The position numbers and the translations under genes are program-made. A DNA stretch of 32,000 nucleotides from assembly GCF_016592615.1 (NCBI RefSeq), contig NZ_AP013043.1, forward strand, positions 90,001 to 122,000, given 5' to 3'. Below are positions 1 to 8,875 of the stretch, piece after piece. Numbering within the stretch: the stretch's first letter is position 1; every line of letters begins with the position of its first letter. This stretch comes from Isorropodon fossajaponicum endosymbiont JTNG4 (GTDB lineage Bacteria; Pseudomonadota; Gammaproteobacteria; PS1; Pseudothioglobaceae). The notes beneath the pieces were generated by a model, which saw only the letters and a list, made by a program, of their open reading frames with translations, made no database searches and was not told the DNA's origin.

Positions 1-98
1 TCAACAACAATATTGCCAACAAGCAAAGCAATTAATAATATGAGTGTGATGGTTGTAAACATTTGTTCATCAACAAATAAAAATTCAAGTATTTCCAT
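1..98 (-). CDS. partial hypothetical membrane protein (first 32 codons, runs off left edge)
   Basis: ATG at 98..96, 3 nt downstream of the trpG/pabA stop on the same strand. Reads MEILEFLFVDEQMFTTITLILLIALLVGNIVV with a hydrophobic helix and no stop before the window edge. Confidence 0.3.
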   Translation of the reverse strand, partial: MEILEFLFVDEQMFTTITLILLIALLVGNIVV

Positions 99-101
99 GG
101 T

Positions 102-689
102 TTATAAAGTTTTCCCTGTTAAAAAATTGTCCAACATTTCATGACCCTGTTCAGTCAAAATTGATTCCGGGTGAAATTGCACTCCTTCAATGGCAAGTTC
201 TTTGTGCCTAACGCCCATAATTTCGTCCATCTTTCCCTTATTATCCTTAGTCCATGAGGTAACCTCAAAACAGTTTGGCAGGGTTGATTGCTGCGCTACC
301 AACGAGTGATAGCGTGTTGCATTGAGTGGATTTTTAAGGTTTGTAAATATACCTTTATTGATGTGATGAATACTGGACACCTTGCCGTGCATAATTTTTT
401 TTGCACCAATAATATGCCCGCCAAAAGCCTGGACCATAGCCTGAAACCCTAAGCAAACCCCTAAAATTGGTATTTTCTTAGAAAAGTGCTTAATAGCCTC
501 AATTGAAATCCCCGCCTCATTTGGTGTACATGGACCTGGTGAAATTACCAAAAATTCAGGTGCAAGTTTTTCAATGCCTTGTATTGTAATTTCATCGTTA
601 CGATACACTTCAACGGCCTGCCCCAACTCGCCAAAATATTGCACCAAGTTATAGGTAAATGAATCGTAATTGTCAATCATCAGTAACAT
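102..689 (-). CDS. trpG: glutamine amidotransferase component II of anthranilate / aminodeoxychorismate synthase (TrpG/PabA)
   Basis: 195 aa. Class-I GATase motifs [17 protein letters not shown] (nucleophile Cys) and VQFHPES. TrpG versus PabA cannot be decided from sequence alone. Confidence 0.85.
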   Translation of the reverse strand: MLLMIDNYDSFTYNLVQYFGELGQAVEVYRNDEITIQGIEKLAPEFLVISPGPCTPNEAGISIEAIKHFSKKIPILGVCLGFQAMVQAFGGHIIGAKKIMHGKVSSIHHINKGIFTNLKNPLNATRYHSLVAQQSTLPNCFEVTSWTKDNKGKMDEIMGVRHKELAIEGVQFHPESILTEQGHEMLDNFLTGKTL

Positions 690-697
690 ACTGTGCG

Positions 698-1411
698 CTA
701 TTTTACCGCTAAAAAGGAAGCGAAGTTAAGACACTGAAAATGACAAATACTATTTTTAAAGCCTGCTACGTTAAACCGCTTAAAGTGGGTTTTCTTGCTA
801 TCCGTTATTAGTATATTTTCAATCGATTGACGTTTGTTTGCAATCTCAAGCTCGCTATAACCATTGGCGCGTTTAAAGTCCAAGTGTAACTTGGTGATTT
901 GTTTTTGTTTTTGTTGATTGTCAAAATGAATTTTTTCAGAAATAATCAGCGCACCATTTTTATTTAAACCTTTATAAATTCTATCAATTAAGGTTTGTCT
1001 ATTGTTTGGTGCAATAAATTGCAAGGTGAGGTTAAGCACAATAATGGATGTATTTTCAAACTTCATATCAAGGATATCACCACAAATTACATTAACATTA
1101 TCAATTTTACCTGCTAAATTTTGCTGGCATTTTTTAACCATGTCTGGTGAATTATCAAGGGCAATAATTTGATTATTTGAGTGTGGGTTATTGATGCCCA
1201 GTGCAATAGAAGTAGCACCTGTTGAGGCGCCAAGGTCATAATAATTAGTATTGTCTTGGCCATAAGTTTTAACACTTAAGCTAATCATCTCGATCATAGA
1301 TTGATAACCAGGTACTGAGCGTTTAACCATGTCATCAAATACATCAGCCACTTGTGCATCAAAGGCGAAATCAACTAAGTCATTCTCTTTGGTGAAAATA
1401 TTATCGCGCAT
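698..1411 (-). CDS. cmoA: carboxy-S-adenosyl-L-methionine synthase CmoA
   Basis: 237 aa, colinear with E. coli CmoA as I remember it: [29 protein letters not shown] (SAM fold), [20 protein letters not shown]. Confidence 0.85.
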   Translation of the reverse strand: MRDNIFTKENDLVDFAFDAQVADVFDDMVKRSVPGYQSMIEMISLSVKTYGQDNTNYYDLGASTGATSIALGINNPHSNNQIIALDNSPDMVKKCQQNLAGKIDNVNVICGDILDMKFENTSIIVLNLTLQFIAPNNRQTLIDRIYKGLNKNGALIISEKIHFDNQQKQKQITKLHLDFKRANGYSELEIANKRQSIENILITDSKKTHFKRFNVAGFKNSICHFQCLNFASFLAVK

Positions 1412-1447
1412 TAGTTGGGCTGACTAATTTGCTTATTTTTATAAGGT

Positions 1448-1921
1448 CTATACGGCATATAAATTTTTTATAAAAAATTCACTGACCAACACTTGAGTTG
1501 AGCCAATGGTAAAAATAGACCTTCTGCCCCAAGTGCCATGTGTGTGGGTGATTTGTAGTTGACTACGTTTAATATTTTTATCATTAAACAACACCTCGCC
1601 TAAAGGCTTATTGCCAATTTTTAATAAGTTTTGTGTGTCGTTAGTGATGGGGATGATTGATCTAGCAAATACAACAACCTGATCATCTCCTAAAAGCTCT
1701 ACTTCACGCACGATAGATTGGCCGTTCCAGTTAAGTAACTCTGTTTCATCCGCATGTACAAGAGATTCCGCTTGTGATAAAACATTGATGGAAAAGTGAT
1801 TAAATTTCTGCTTTAATTTAGCGGTTAAGGATTGGTGGTCATCAAGCCAAGTAAGAACGTGATTAGGTATATTGCTCACTTGATTTAAGTTTGACCATAT
1901 CAAGTTTTTTGTGTTAATCAT
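1448..1921 (-). CDS. ubiC: chorismate--pyruvate lyase (UbiC family)
   Basis: 157 aa. UbiC-like landmarks SLTAKLKQ, REVELL, LGEVLF and WGRRS, in the same order as E. coli UbiC. Confidence 0.7.
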   Translation of the reverse strand: MINTKNLIWSNLNQVSNIPNHVLTWLDDHQSLTAKLKQKFNHFSINVLSQAESLVHADETELLNWNGQSIVREVELLGDDQVVVFARSIIPITNDTQNLLKIGNKPLGEVLFNDKNIKRSQLQITHTHGTWGRRSIFTIGSTQVLVSEFFIKNLYAV

Positions 1922-1952
1922 AGTTGGGTTATTTTACGTCAACTAAGCACTT

Positions 1953-4019
1953 TTAAGTATTGCCATATTGGCTTTTATCATCAGTAATCCAACGAGTAAT
2001 AAGTGCTTGTTGCTTGTCTTTACTTAATTTTAAGAATTGTTTTGAGTAAAAATGCACTTGTTTAAGTAAATATCTATCACGCACAATATTGGCGATTTTC
2101 ATATTAGCAATGCCTGTTTGCTGTGTGCCTAGAATTTCACCAGGGCCACGAAGCTCTAAGTCTTTTTGTGCAATTTTAAAGCCATCGTTTGTCTGCCTTA
2201 GGGTGTTAAGTCGTGCAAAAGCACTGTGACTGAGTGGCACCTGATACATCAAAATACAAATGCTAGCGTCAGTGCCTCGCCCTACACGACCACGTAATTG
2301 GTGTAATTGTGCAAGTCCCAGTCTTTCAGAGTTTTCAATGACCATGAGTGAAGCATTTGTGACATTTACACCCACTTCAATGACTGTGGTGGCGACCAAA
2401 ACATCAATCTGTCCTTTGGAAAATTGCGCCATAATGGTGGACTTTTCATCCTTGTGCATCTTTCCATGAATTAGCACTACGCTTAATTCTTCTAGATTTT
2501 CCTGTAAATAGTGATGAGTATTAGTGGCAGATTCAGCACGAAGCGCTTCTGATTCTTCAATCAGTGTGCATACCCAATACACTTGATTGCCAGTAGTACA
2601 AATTTGTTTGATTTTTTCAATCACTTTGTCTTTTTTATCATTGCCAAGTGCAATGGTTTTAGTAGGTTTTCTGCCAGGGGGTAATTCATCAATCACTGAA
2701 CAATCTAAATCTGCATAGGCACTCATGGTTAATGATCTTGGAATAGGGGTAGCAGTCATGACCAGTTGATGGGGCGTGTTGTGTGCTTTTTGTACAAGGG
2801 ATAAGCGTTGATGCACACCGAATTTATGTTGTTCGTCAATAATTACTAAGCCTAATTTATCAAAAATAACTTGGGCTTGGAACAATGCATGGGTGCCGAT
2901 GATAATTTGTGCTTCGCCTGAGTTAATTTTTTCAAGTTGTTCGGTTCTTTGTATTGCACCTTGAGAACCAGTTAAAAACGCAATATTAACACCCAAAGGG
3001 GTTAAATAATTTGAAAACCCCTGTAAATGTTGTGCGGCAAGTATTTCAGTGGGTGCCATAATAGTTGCTTGAAAGCCATTTTCGATTGCTTGCAAACAAG
3101 CAAATACGGCCACAATGGTCTTTCCTGAGCCTACATCACCTTGCAATAGCCTGAGCATTGGATGGTTCGATGCAAGATCTGAATTAATTTCATCAATGCT
3201 ACGTTGCTGCGCTTGTGTTAGTTGAAACTCTAAGGCGTTTAGTATTTTTTTGGTTAAAGTGCTTTTAATCTTAAAGGTGTTAGATTTTTCGGATTTACGT
3301 TTATCTTTGAGTTGGAGTAAACTAAGTCGTTGTGCACACAACTCTTCAATAATCAGGCGTTGTTGTGAAGGGTGCTTAAAATTAGCAATTTGTTCGATAT
3401 TATCATTAACTTTAGGATGATGCAGTGTATTCAAGGCCTGTTTAAGAGTAGGCATAGAGTTGTTTGCTAGATTTTTAAAATTGTCAGATAAGTCTGATTG
3501 TTGCAAAGTTTCTAATGCAATACCAATCCATTTTTTCATTTGTGCTTGGTGAATATTGGCAGTTAATGCATAGATAGGACTGAGTGTTTTTTCTAGTAAA
3601 TGAGTCTGCCCTTTAGAGATTAATCGATATTCAGGATGGTGCATTTCTAGGCCATTTTTGCTAATTTTTATCTCGCCAAAGCATTGGATGATATCGCCAC
3701 GAACGAAGTTTTGTTTTTGATATTGATTAAAATGAAAAAATCGAAGTAATAAGCCCTGATGACCAGAATCAGATAAGTAGCATAACAGTTGTCGCCGGCG
3801 AGTCGATACTTGTTTGATACGCTCTATGGTTAGTTGAATTAACGCCTCATCACCTACTTGAACTTGATTTAGTTTGGCTAGCTTGGTTTTGTCTTGATAG
3901 TGCGTTGGCAGATGAAACAATAAATGCTCCAAATTAAAAATACCAATGGCATTTAGTTTTTGCTGTGCTTTTGGACCTAATCCATTTAATGCAATGATTG
4001 GGTCAGATAATTGATGCAT
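1953..4019 (-). CDS. recG: ATP-dependent DNA helicase RecG
   Basis: 688 aa. Wedge/OB N-terminus, helicase motifs GDVGSGKT, DEQHKFG, MTATPIPR and QLHQLRGRVGRG. Confidence 0.95.
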   Translation of the reverse strand: MHQLSDPIIALNGLGPKAQQKLNAIGIFNLEHLLFHLPTHYQDKTKLAKLNQVQVGDEALIQLTIERIKQVSTRRRQLLCYLSDSGHQGLLLRFFHFNQYQKQNFVRGDIIQCFGEIKISKNGLEMHHPEYRLISKGQTHLLEKTLSPIYALTANIHQAQMKKWIGIALETLQQSDLSDNFKNLANNSMPTLKQALNTLHHPKVNDNIEQIANFKHPSQQRLIIEELCAQRLSLLQLKDKRKSEKSNTFKIKSTLTKKILNALEFQLTQAQQRSIDEINSDLASNHPMLRLLQGDVGSGKTIVAVFACLQAIENGFQATIMAPTEILAAQHLQGFSNYLTPLGVNIAFLTGSQGAIQRTEQLEKINSGEAQIIIGTHALFQAQVIFDKLGLVIIDEQHKFGVHQRLSLVQKAHNTPHQLVMTATPIPRSLTMSAYADLDCSVIDELPPGRKPTKTIALGNDKKDKVIEKIKQICTTGNQVYWVCTLIEESEALRAESATNTHHYLQENLEELSVVLIHGKMHKDEKSTIMAQFSKGQIDVLVATTVIEVGVNVTNASLMVIENSERLGLAQLHQLRGRVGRGTDASICILMYQVPLSHSAFARLNTLRQTNDGFKIAQKDLELRGPGEILGTQQTGIANMKIANIVRDRYLLKQVHFYSKQFLKLSKDKQQALITRWITDDKSQYGNT

Positions 4020-4096
4020 GAATAAGTGGAATTTTATCTAAACAAACCATCAAAATTGTACCAAGTTATTTGAGAATATCGTATCTTATGGTGCAT

Positions 4097-4504
4097 TTAG
4101 TAAGTGTAATCACAGGGCCCTATCATCATAATTCCATCCATTTCTACCATTGAGCCTTTGGGTAATTCATTAACACCAAGCACTGCACGCGCGGGATAAG
4201 GCTCGTCAAAATAGGTGGACATAATTTCATTAACTTTTGGAAAATTGTTAAGATCAGTGAGATAGATATTAAGCTTGACAATATCTTTTAAGTCGCCATT
4301 AGATTTTTGACAAACAGCCATTAGATTTTTAAACACTTGATTAATTTGTTCACCAATACCACCGCTGACTATTTCCATTGTTTCTGGTATTAGAGGAATC
4401 TGCCCAGATAAATAAACGCTGGAGCCACCAGTAATGCACACTGCTTGAGAGTAAGTGCCAATTGCTTTAGGGGCTTTGCTAGTTGAAATAATATGTTTTT
4501 GCAT
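4097..4504 (-). CDS. ridA: RidA/YjgF-family reactive-intermediate deaminase
   Basis: 135 aa. TSKAPKAIGTYSQA, LSGQIPL, NIYLTDL, PARAVLGV..LP. Confidence 0.85.
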   Translation of the reverse strand: MQKHIISTSKAPKAIGTYSQAVCITGGSSVYLSGQIPLIPETMEIVSGGIGEQINQVFKNLMAVCQKSNGDLKDIVKLNIYLTDLNNFPKVNEIMSTYFDEPYPARAVLGVNELPKGSMVEMDGIMMIGPCDYTY

Positions 4505-4656
4505 GATAAAGTGTCTAAGTTAGAATGTATTAATTATACGAAATCTTTAATGGATTAAGGTGAATATTTTTTTTAAAAACACTATTTAAATACCTTAAAA
4601 AAAGTAGTGACAGTGTAATACCCCAATTTTCCATACAACTCTAAAGTAGAGGCTAG

Positions 4657-5442
4657 TCATCTTATCACGCCACCTAGGGCAAAGTGCGGTCGTTCGTTAT
4701 TATAAACCCATAACCACTGTGTGGTTGCATCTTGTGCTTGCTCAACAGAATCAAACAAATGCAGATCTAAACACTCTTGTCTTACTGTACGGTTAAATCT
4801 CTCAATGTAGGCATTTTGAGTTGGCTTACCTGGTTGGATGTACATTAACTCAATACCTAAGGCTTGTACCCAGTCTCTTAATGCTTGGCTAATGTATTCA
4901 GGACCATTATCACATCTGATAGCCTTGGGCTTGCCACGCCACTGAATCAAACGTTCTAATGATTGAATAACTCGTCTTGCTGGCATGGACAAGTCCACAT
5001 CAATATTCAAGCCTTCCCGATTGTAATCATCGACAACATTAAAAGTTCTAATGTGCCTGCCATCAGTGAGTGAGTCTGACATAAAATCCATTGACCAAGT
5101 TTGGTTAATAGTTGTTGGCACACTCAGTGCTTCGGGTTTATCTCTTTTGATTCTTCTTCTTGGCTTGATTCTTAGATTGAGCTCCAGTTCTTGGTAAATG
5201 CGATACACTCGTTTATGGTTAAATTTGTAGTCTTTAACATTACGTAGATATAAATAGCACAGTTTAAAACCCCAACGCTTGTGCGTTGCGGTTAAGCGCA
5301 GTAGACAATCGGCAATTAAAGCATTGTCATCACTGAGTTTTGGTTGATAATAATAAGTGCTTTTACTAATGCTACAAACTTCGTAAATAAGTTTGATACT
5401 TGTGTTCTTATTTTGTTCATTGATGTTTAAAGCCATCCTCAC
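4657..5442 (-). CDS. IS3-family transposase OrfB (integrase/DDE core); ORF open but not reachable from orfA by -1 frameshifting
   Basis: 261 aa. WSMDFMSD, DNGPEYIS, YIQPGKPTQNAYIERFNRTVR and YNNERPH are typical of IS3-family OrfB. It lies in the same frame as orfA rather than the -1 frame. Confidence 0.85.
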   Translation of the reverse strand: MRMALNINEQNKNTSIKLIYEVCSISKSTYYYQPKLSDDNALIADCLLRLTATHKRWGFKLCYLYLRNVKDYKFNHKRVYRIYQELELNLRIKPRRRIKRDKPEALSVPTTINQTWSMDFMSDSLTDGRHIRTFNVVDDYNREGLNIDVDLSMPARRVIQSLERLIQWRGKPKAIRCDNGPEYISQALRDWVQALGIELMYIQPGKPTQNAYIERFNRTVRQECLDLHLFDSVEQAQDATTQWLWVYNNERPHFALGGVIR

Positions 5443-5457
5443 GCCACTGGGATGGCT

Positions 5458-5727
5458 TTAGAACTTTTTTGCTAAGGCATCCTTTGTAATTTGCAGTTTC
5501 AACTCACTCTCAGCATACATACGCTTGAATTGAGCATTTTCTGATTCTAGCTCTTTTAAGCGTTTAACCATAGAGACAAAATCTGTATCACCGTATTTAG
5601 ATCTCCATTTGTAAAATGTGGCTTGAGACATTGCGTATTCACGGCATAGATCAGCCACAGATATGCCTGATTGGTTTTGTTTGAGTATGTTGACTATTTA
5701 TGACTCTGTATATCTTGATTTTTTCAT
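5458..5727 (-). pseudogene. IS3-family transposase OrfA (HTH) with premature stop
   Basis: My re-translation from ATG 5727 gives MKKSRYTES*IVNILKQNQSGISVADLCREYAMSQATFYKWRSKYG...LAKKF. The in-frame TAA is at 5700..5698, where Gln is expected. Confidence 0.8.
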
Positions 5728-5794
5728 GTGAAAACTCCTTATTTTTTATTATAGAATTTTCTACTTTAGAATGGTGGTTTTTTGGGGTATTACA

Positions 5795-6339
5795 TTTCAT
5801 CAAGTGGACGATTACGCCATTCAATCGCTTGGGTGATAACCGCCTGCTGAGTGACATTGGATACCAATGTTGCTGAGATGTCTACATCATACATTTCTTT
5901 AAAGGTTGAGACGATGTCACGGGTACCTATGCCTTTGGCATATAGGCTTAATATCTGACTATCAAAAGCACCCAATCGGCGTTTGACCTTTTTCAATAAT
6001 TAAAGGTTCAAAGCTACCTCTGCGGTCTCTTGGGATAGCAAGTTCAACTTCACCATGATTGCCTTTGACGGTTTTAGGGTAATAGCCATTACGAGCATTG
6101 CTGTCTGTATTAAGCTCGCTGCTATTTTGCCCATATTTTGGATAACCAAGATGATGTTCCATCTCAGCACCTAATGCTGCTTCAATGGTCATTTTAACCA
6201 GTGAAGCAGCTAGATCTGCTAAATCATCTTGGGTGTGGATGTCTTTGGCAAGTTCATCAGCAAAAGCACGGAGCTTTTTCTGGTTGATGCCTGTGTTGTT
6301 AAGTTGCTTTTTTTTGTTTCTTGGTATTGTGTTACTCAT
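5795..6339 (-). pseudogene. IS256-family (Mutator-type) transposase, N-terminal ~190 codons only, frameshifted
   Basis: Two ORF fragments: 5962..6339 (NGYYPKTVKGNHGEVELAIPRDRRGSFEPLIIEK) and 5790..5996 (KRRLGAFDSQILSLYAKGIGTRDIV...WRNRPLDE). They join across a 1-nt slip in an A-run near 5996. The reading frame ends exactly at the IS3 inverted repeat (5794/5795). The DDE half is absent. Confidence 0.8.
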
Positions 6340-6468
6340 GTTTTTTCTCCTTTTCGGGGATTATAAAATATGAGGGTTTACACAATCTGGTTTACAGGGT
6401 CTAGTGCACTTAATTTTTCTTAAAATATTAAAAAAATAATGTCGTCTGGTTTTCTTGATTTAGTATGT

Positions 6469-6612
6469 TTATTCCTCCTTATATTGTAATTCTGTAGTAA
6501 CCACATTCCTAATGCAATTCCCATGGCCAGTATATGTCAAACACTGTTTAGTAGAGCCAAATGCCTCAGTACTGGTATATCCCCATGCCGAACATCTTTT
6601 AATTGCTTTCAT
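6469..6612 (-). CDS. hypothetical 47-aa Cys-containing peptide (speculative)
   Basis: ATG at 6612 overlaps the lipoprotein gene end by 14 nt. Reads MKAIKRCSAWGYTSTEAFGSTKQCLTYTGHGNCIRNVVTTELQYKEE. No recognisable family. Confidence 0.2.
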   Translation of the reverse strand: MKAIKRCSAWGYTSTEAFGSTKQCLTYTGHGNCIRNVVTTELQYKEE

Positions 6613-6973
6613 ATTTAATAGTAGTCTTGCAACCTTTACGCCTGTAGATTCTTTTTGCTGCTTCGTACTTACCTTTGATTTGGGCATATTTTCTTGCTTC
6701 TAGGGAATTATCTTCTATTAAGAATAAAGCAGGCCAGAATAGCAAAAACGCCGCAACATTTTTACTATCTTGTGAACTTGCTATATCATCTACAATTTCT
6801 GCTGCATTATTTGCTGTGTACTGTAGATGTAATAGTTCGGCCCTTATTTCTTCACAATTCATGTTGCTAAATTCATAGCCGTCCATATTGTCAGCCATAA
6901 CGTGTGATGATGATGTGTTACATCCTGTTAGTGTTAATGCTGACAATACTGCTAAACTTGTTAATAATTTCAT
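6599..6973 (-). CDS. hypothetical lipoprotein
   Basis: 124 aa. Signal peptide plus lipobox MKLLTSLAVLSALTLTG|C. A second Cys lies near the C-terminus. No family recognised. Confidence 0.65.
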   Translation of the reverse strand: MKLLTSLAVLSALTLTGCNTSSSHVMADNMDGYEFSNMNCEEIRAELLHLQYTANNAAEIVDDIASSQDSKNVAAFLLFWPALFLIEDNSLEARKYAQIKGKYEAAKRIYRRKGCKTTIKYESN

Positions 6974-7058
6974 TATTACTCCTTAAAAATAGATAAATAC
7001 TCTACAAAATTGACTTATTTTATACATTTTTAAATCAAATGGATAAAAAATATCAATT

Positions 7059-7315
7059 ATGGATACTAAAATTCTACAAACAAAAACTATTGGGCAAAGA
7101 ATTACCAAAGCACGAGAAAATGCCAAGATGTCTAAATCTCAAATAACGGATAAGATGCACTTGTCTCGCTCAATTTGTGGCAAGGGGGAAAAAGGTGATT
7201 CCAACCCCTCACTGTCCACCTTATCAAACTTGCTAAGGCATCAAATATATCACTTGAATGGCTAACAATAACCTGGAAAATAAGACTAAATAGCATAAGC
7301 AAGTCTATTCTTTAG
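7059..7315 (+). pseudogene. XRE-family helix-turn-helix regulator, probably frameshifted
   Basis: IGQRITKARENAKMSKSQITDKMHLSRS...EKGDSNPSLSTLS is a typical XRE HTH. The annotated frame then reads NLLRHQIYHLNG*. A 1-nt shift near 7228 gives the expected KLAKASNISLEWL and runs to TAG at 7313..7315. Confidence 0.5.
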
Positions 7316-7990
7316 TTAAGCCCTAGCCAGAATAAGTACATCACAAGATTCAACACCAACCTTGGTGAGCGTTTTTGCCAGTTCATTAAGACTAGAACCA
7401 GTGGTCATAACATCATCAACCAATAAAACTTTTTTATAAGACATTGCTTGTACGCTAAATGCACCTTTAATTTCTTTTTTCCGCTGTTCTAGATTTAGTG
7501 GTGATAGTGACTTGGTGGCTTTTATACGCCTAACACTTTGAGTGTCAATAACTGTATTAGTATTTTTAGCAATGATTCTTAGTAATTCGTGGGCTTGGTT
7601 ATAGCCTCGCTCTTTGATGCGCGCACGACTTAGAGGCAGGGGAATAATGGCATCATAATTGCCATTTTCTTTAATTAAGCGGTATAAACCATACAACTGA
7701 TGGGCAAAATAATCGCCAATACACAATTGGCGATTAAATTTAAACTGCTTAATGAGTTGTGCGCAGGCGTGGGAATAATCATAAAGAACATAAGTCTTGG
7801 AAAAGGCAGGGGAATGGCTCAAACACTCGCCACAAAAACTTAAGTTAGAGGAAAGTTTAACTGCACAACAAAGGCAACGATTATCATTAACAACAAAACT
7901 AGATTCGCACGTTTTACACACACAAAACTTTGCAGTTTCAAAGCAAAGCACGCAGGATTGCTTGAGGATTAACCTCTGGTAAAAACCCAT
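7316..7990 (-). CDS. comF: ComF-family protein (phosphoribosyltransferase domain)
   Basis: 224 aa. N-terminal Cys-rich zinc-finger-like region (CVLC..CKTC, CLCC..CGEC) and PRTase motif VLLVDDVMTTGSSL. Confidence 0.8.
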   Translation of the reverse strand: MGFYQRLILKQSCVLCFETAKFCVCKTCESSFVVNDNRCLCCAVKLSSNLSFCGECLSHSPAFSKTYVLYDYSHACAQLIKQFKFNRQLCIGDYFAHQLYGLYRLIKENGNYDAIIPLPLSRARIKERGYNQAHELLRIIAKNTNTVIDTQSVRRIKATKSLSPLNLEQRKKEIKGAFSVQAMSYKKVLLVDDVMTTGSSLNELAKTLTKVGVESCDVLILARA

Positions 7991-8724
7991 GACGTTGTGT
8001 CATCAGACATTTCGGCTCTGAATTGGTAATCTTCTTTATCAAAACTTTTCAAATCCTCTGCATGAGTGATTCTATTTTTAATCATAAAATTAACCATCAG
8101 ACCTCTAGCGCGCTTGGCATAAATACCAATAATTTTATAGGTGTCGTTTTTGAACTCTTTAAAAGCGATGTTAATGATTTTGGCATTCAAGGCTGTTTGA
8201 TCAATGCCTTTAAAATATTCATTAGAGGCAAGATTAATGATAGTATCAGTCTCATCTTCATTTAGTATAGTTGAAATCTCATCACCCCAAAACTCATATA
8301 AATTTTTCCCTTTGGGGTTTTCAAGCCGAGTACCCATCTCCAAACGATAGGGCTGAATTAAGTCAAGTGGACGAATCACGCCGTATAGACCTGACAACAT
8401 GCGCAAGGTGTTTTGTGCAAACTCTAAATCTGCCATTGATAAAGAAGGGGCGTCAATACCGCTATAAACATCGCCCTTGAATGCAAGTAATGCTTGCTTG
8501 GCATTGGTTGGATTAAAAGGAGTTGAAAATGTTTGAAAACGTTCATAGTTTAAATTGGCCAGTTTGTCACTAATTGACATCAGCTGTGCTATCTCATCTT
8601 GGGTTTTTGCCTTTAAAATCTCAATTAATATTTTAGACTGTTTAATCTGGCATGTTTGCGTGTATTCATCAATGTTAGAAGTAGAAAAATCTTGGGTTTT
8701 TGAAGGAGAAATAATGGCTAACAT
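7969..8724 (-). CDS. yaaA: peroxide stress protein YaaA (UPF0246/DUF328)
   Basis: 251 aa. MLAIISPSKTQDF N-terminus, GDVYSG, YRLEMG, LASNEY. The 3' end overlaps the comF start by 22 nt. Confidence 0.85.
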   Translation of the reverse strand: MLAIISPSKTQDFSTSNIDEYTQTCQIKQSKILIEILKAKTQDEIAQLMSISDKLANLNYERFQTFSTPFNPTNAKQALLAFKGDVYSGIDAPSLSMADLEFAQNTLRMLSGLYGVIRPLDLIQPYRLEMGTRLENPKGKNLYEFWGDEISTILNEDETDTIINLASNEYFKGIDQTALNAKIINIAFKEFKNDTYKIIGIYAKRARGLMVNFMIKNRITHAEDLKSFDKEDYQFRAEMSDDTTSWVFTRG

Positions 8725-8875
8725 TAGATAAAATTTAAGTAAAAACTGGTTAATATTCTACCTTAATATGATTGATAAATACACCACTAAAGGGGTGTAT
8801 TAGAAGCATTAATAGAGTATTTTTTACGTTATAATTAGGGGATTTTTTCAATTTTTATTTTGTAGATTTTAACCT

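Larger units (their letters stand above)
4614..5794 (-). mobile_element. IS3-family insertion sequence (IS407/IS2-like organisation), transposase apparently inactivated
   Basis: Terminal inverted repeats: 4614 TGTAATACCCCAA...CTAAAGTAGA versus the reverse complement of 5794 TGTAATACCCCAA...CTAAAGTAGA. The terminal 13 nt are identical, followed by a second conserved block, giving TG...CA ends. Contains orfA, an A AAA AAG slippery site (5464..5470) and orfB with an rve/DDE core. Confidence 0.85.

Noticed and set aside
5651-5857. 68-aa minus-strand ORF spanning the IS3 right end.
   Set aside because: It crosses the IS3 inverted repeat and the IS256 junction and is out of frame with both transposase genes, so it is an artefact of the junction.
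6469-6687. Full 72-aa version of the minus-strand ORF, and plus-strand ORFs 6512..6703 and 6675..6878.
   Set aside because: They overlap the well-supported lipoprotein gene. Only the non-overlapping 47-codon part from ATG 6612 is kept, and only as a low-confidence call.
8781-8800. Small hairpin TACACC-actaaag-GGTGTA and a TATAAT-like box (near 8829..8834) in the yaaA-gltB divergent intergenic region.
   Set aside because: The stem is short and no convincing -35 box sits at proper spacing. I cannot distinguish this from chance in AT-rich DNA.
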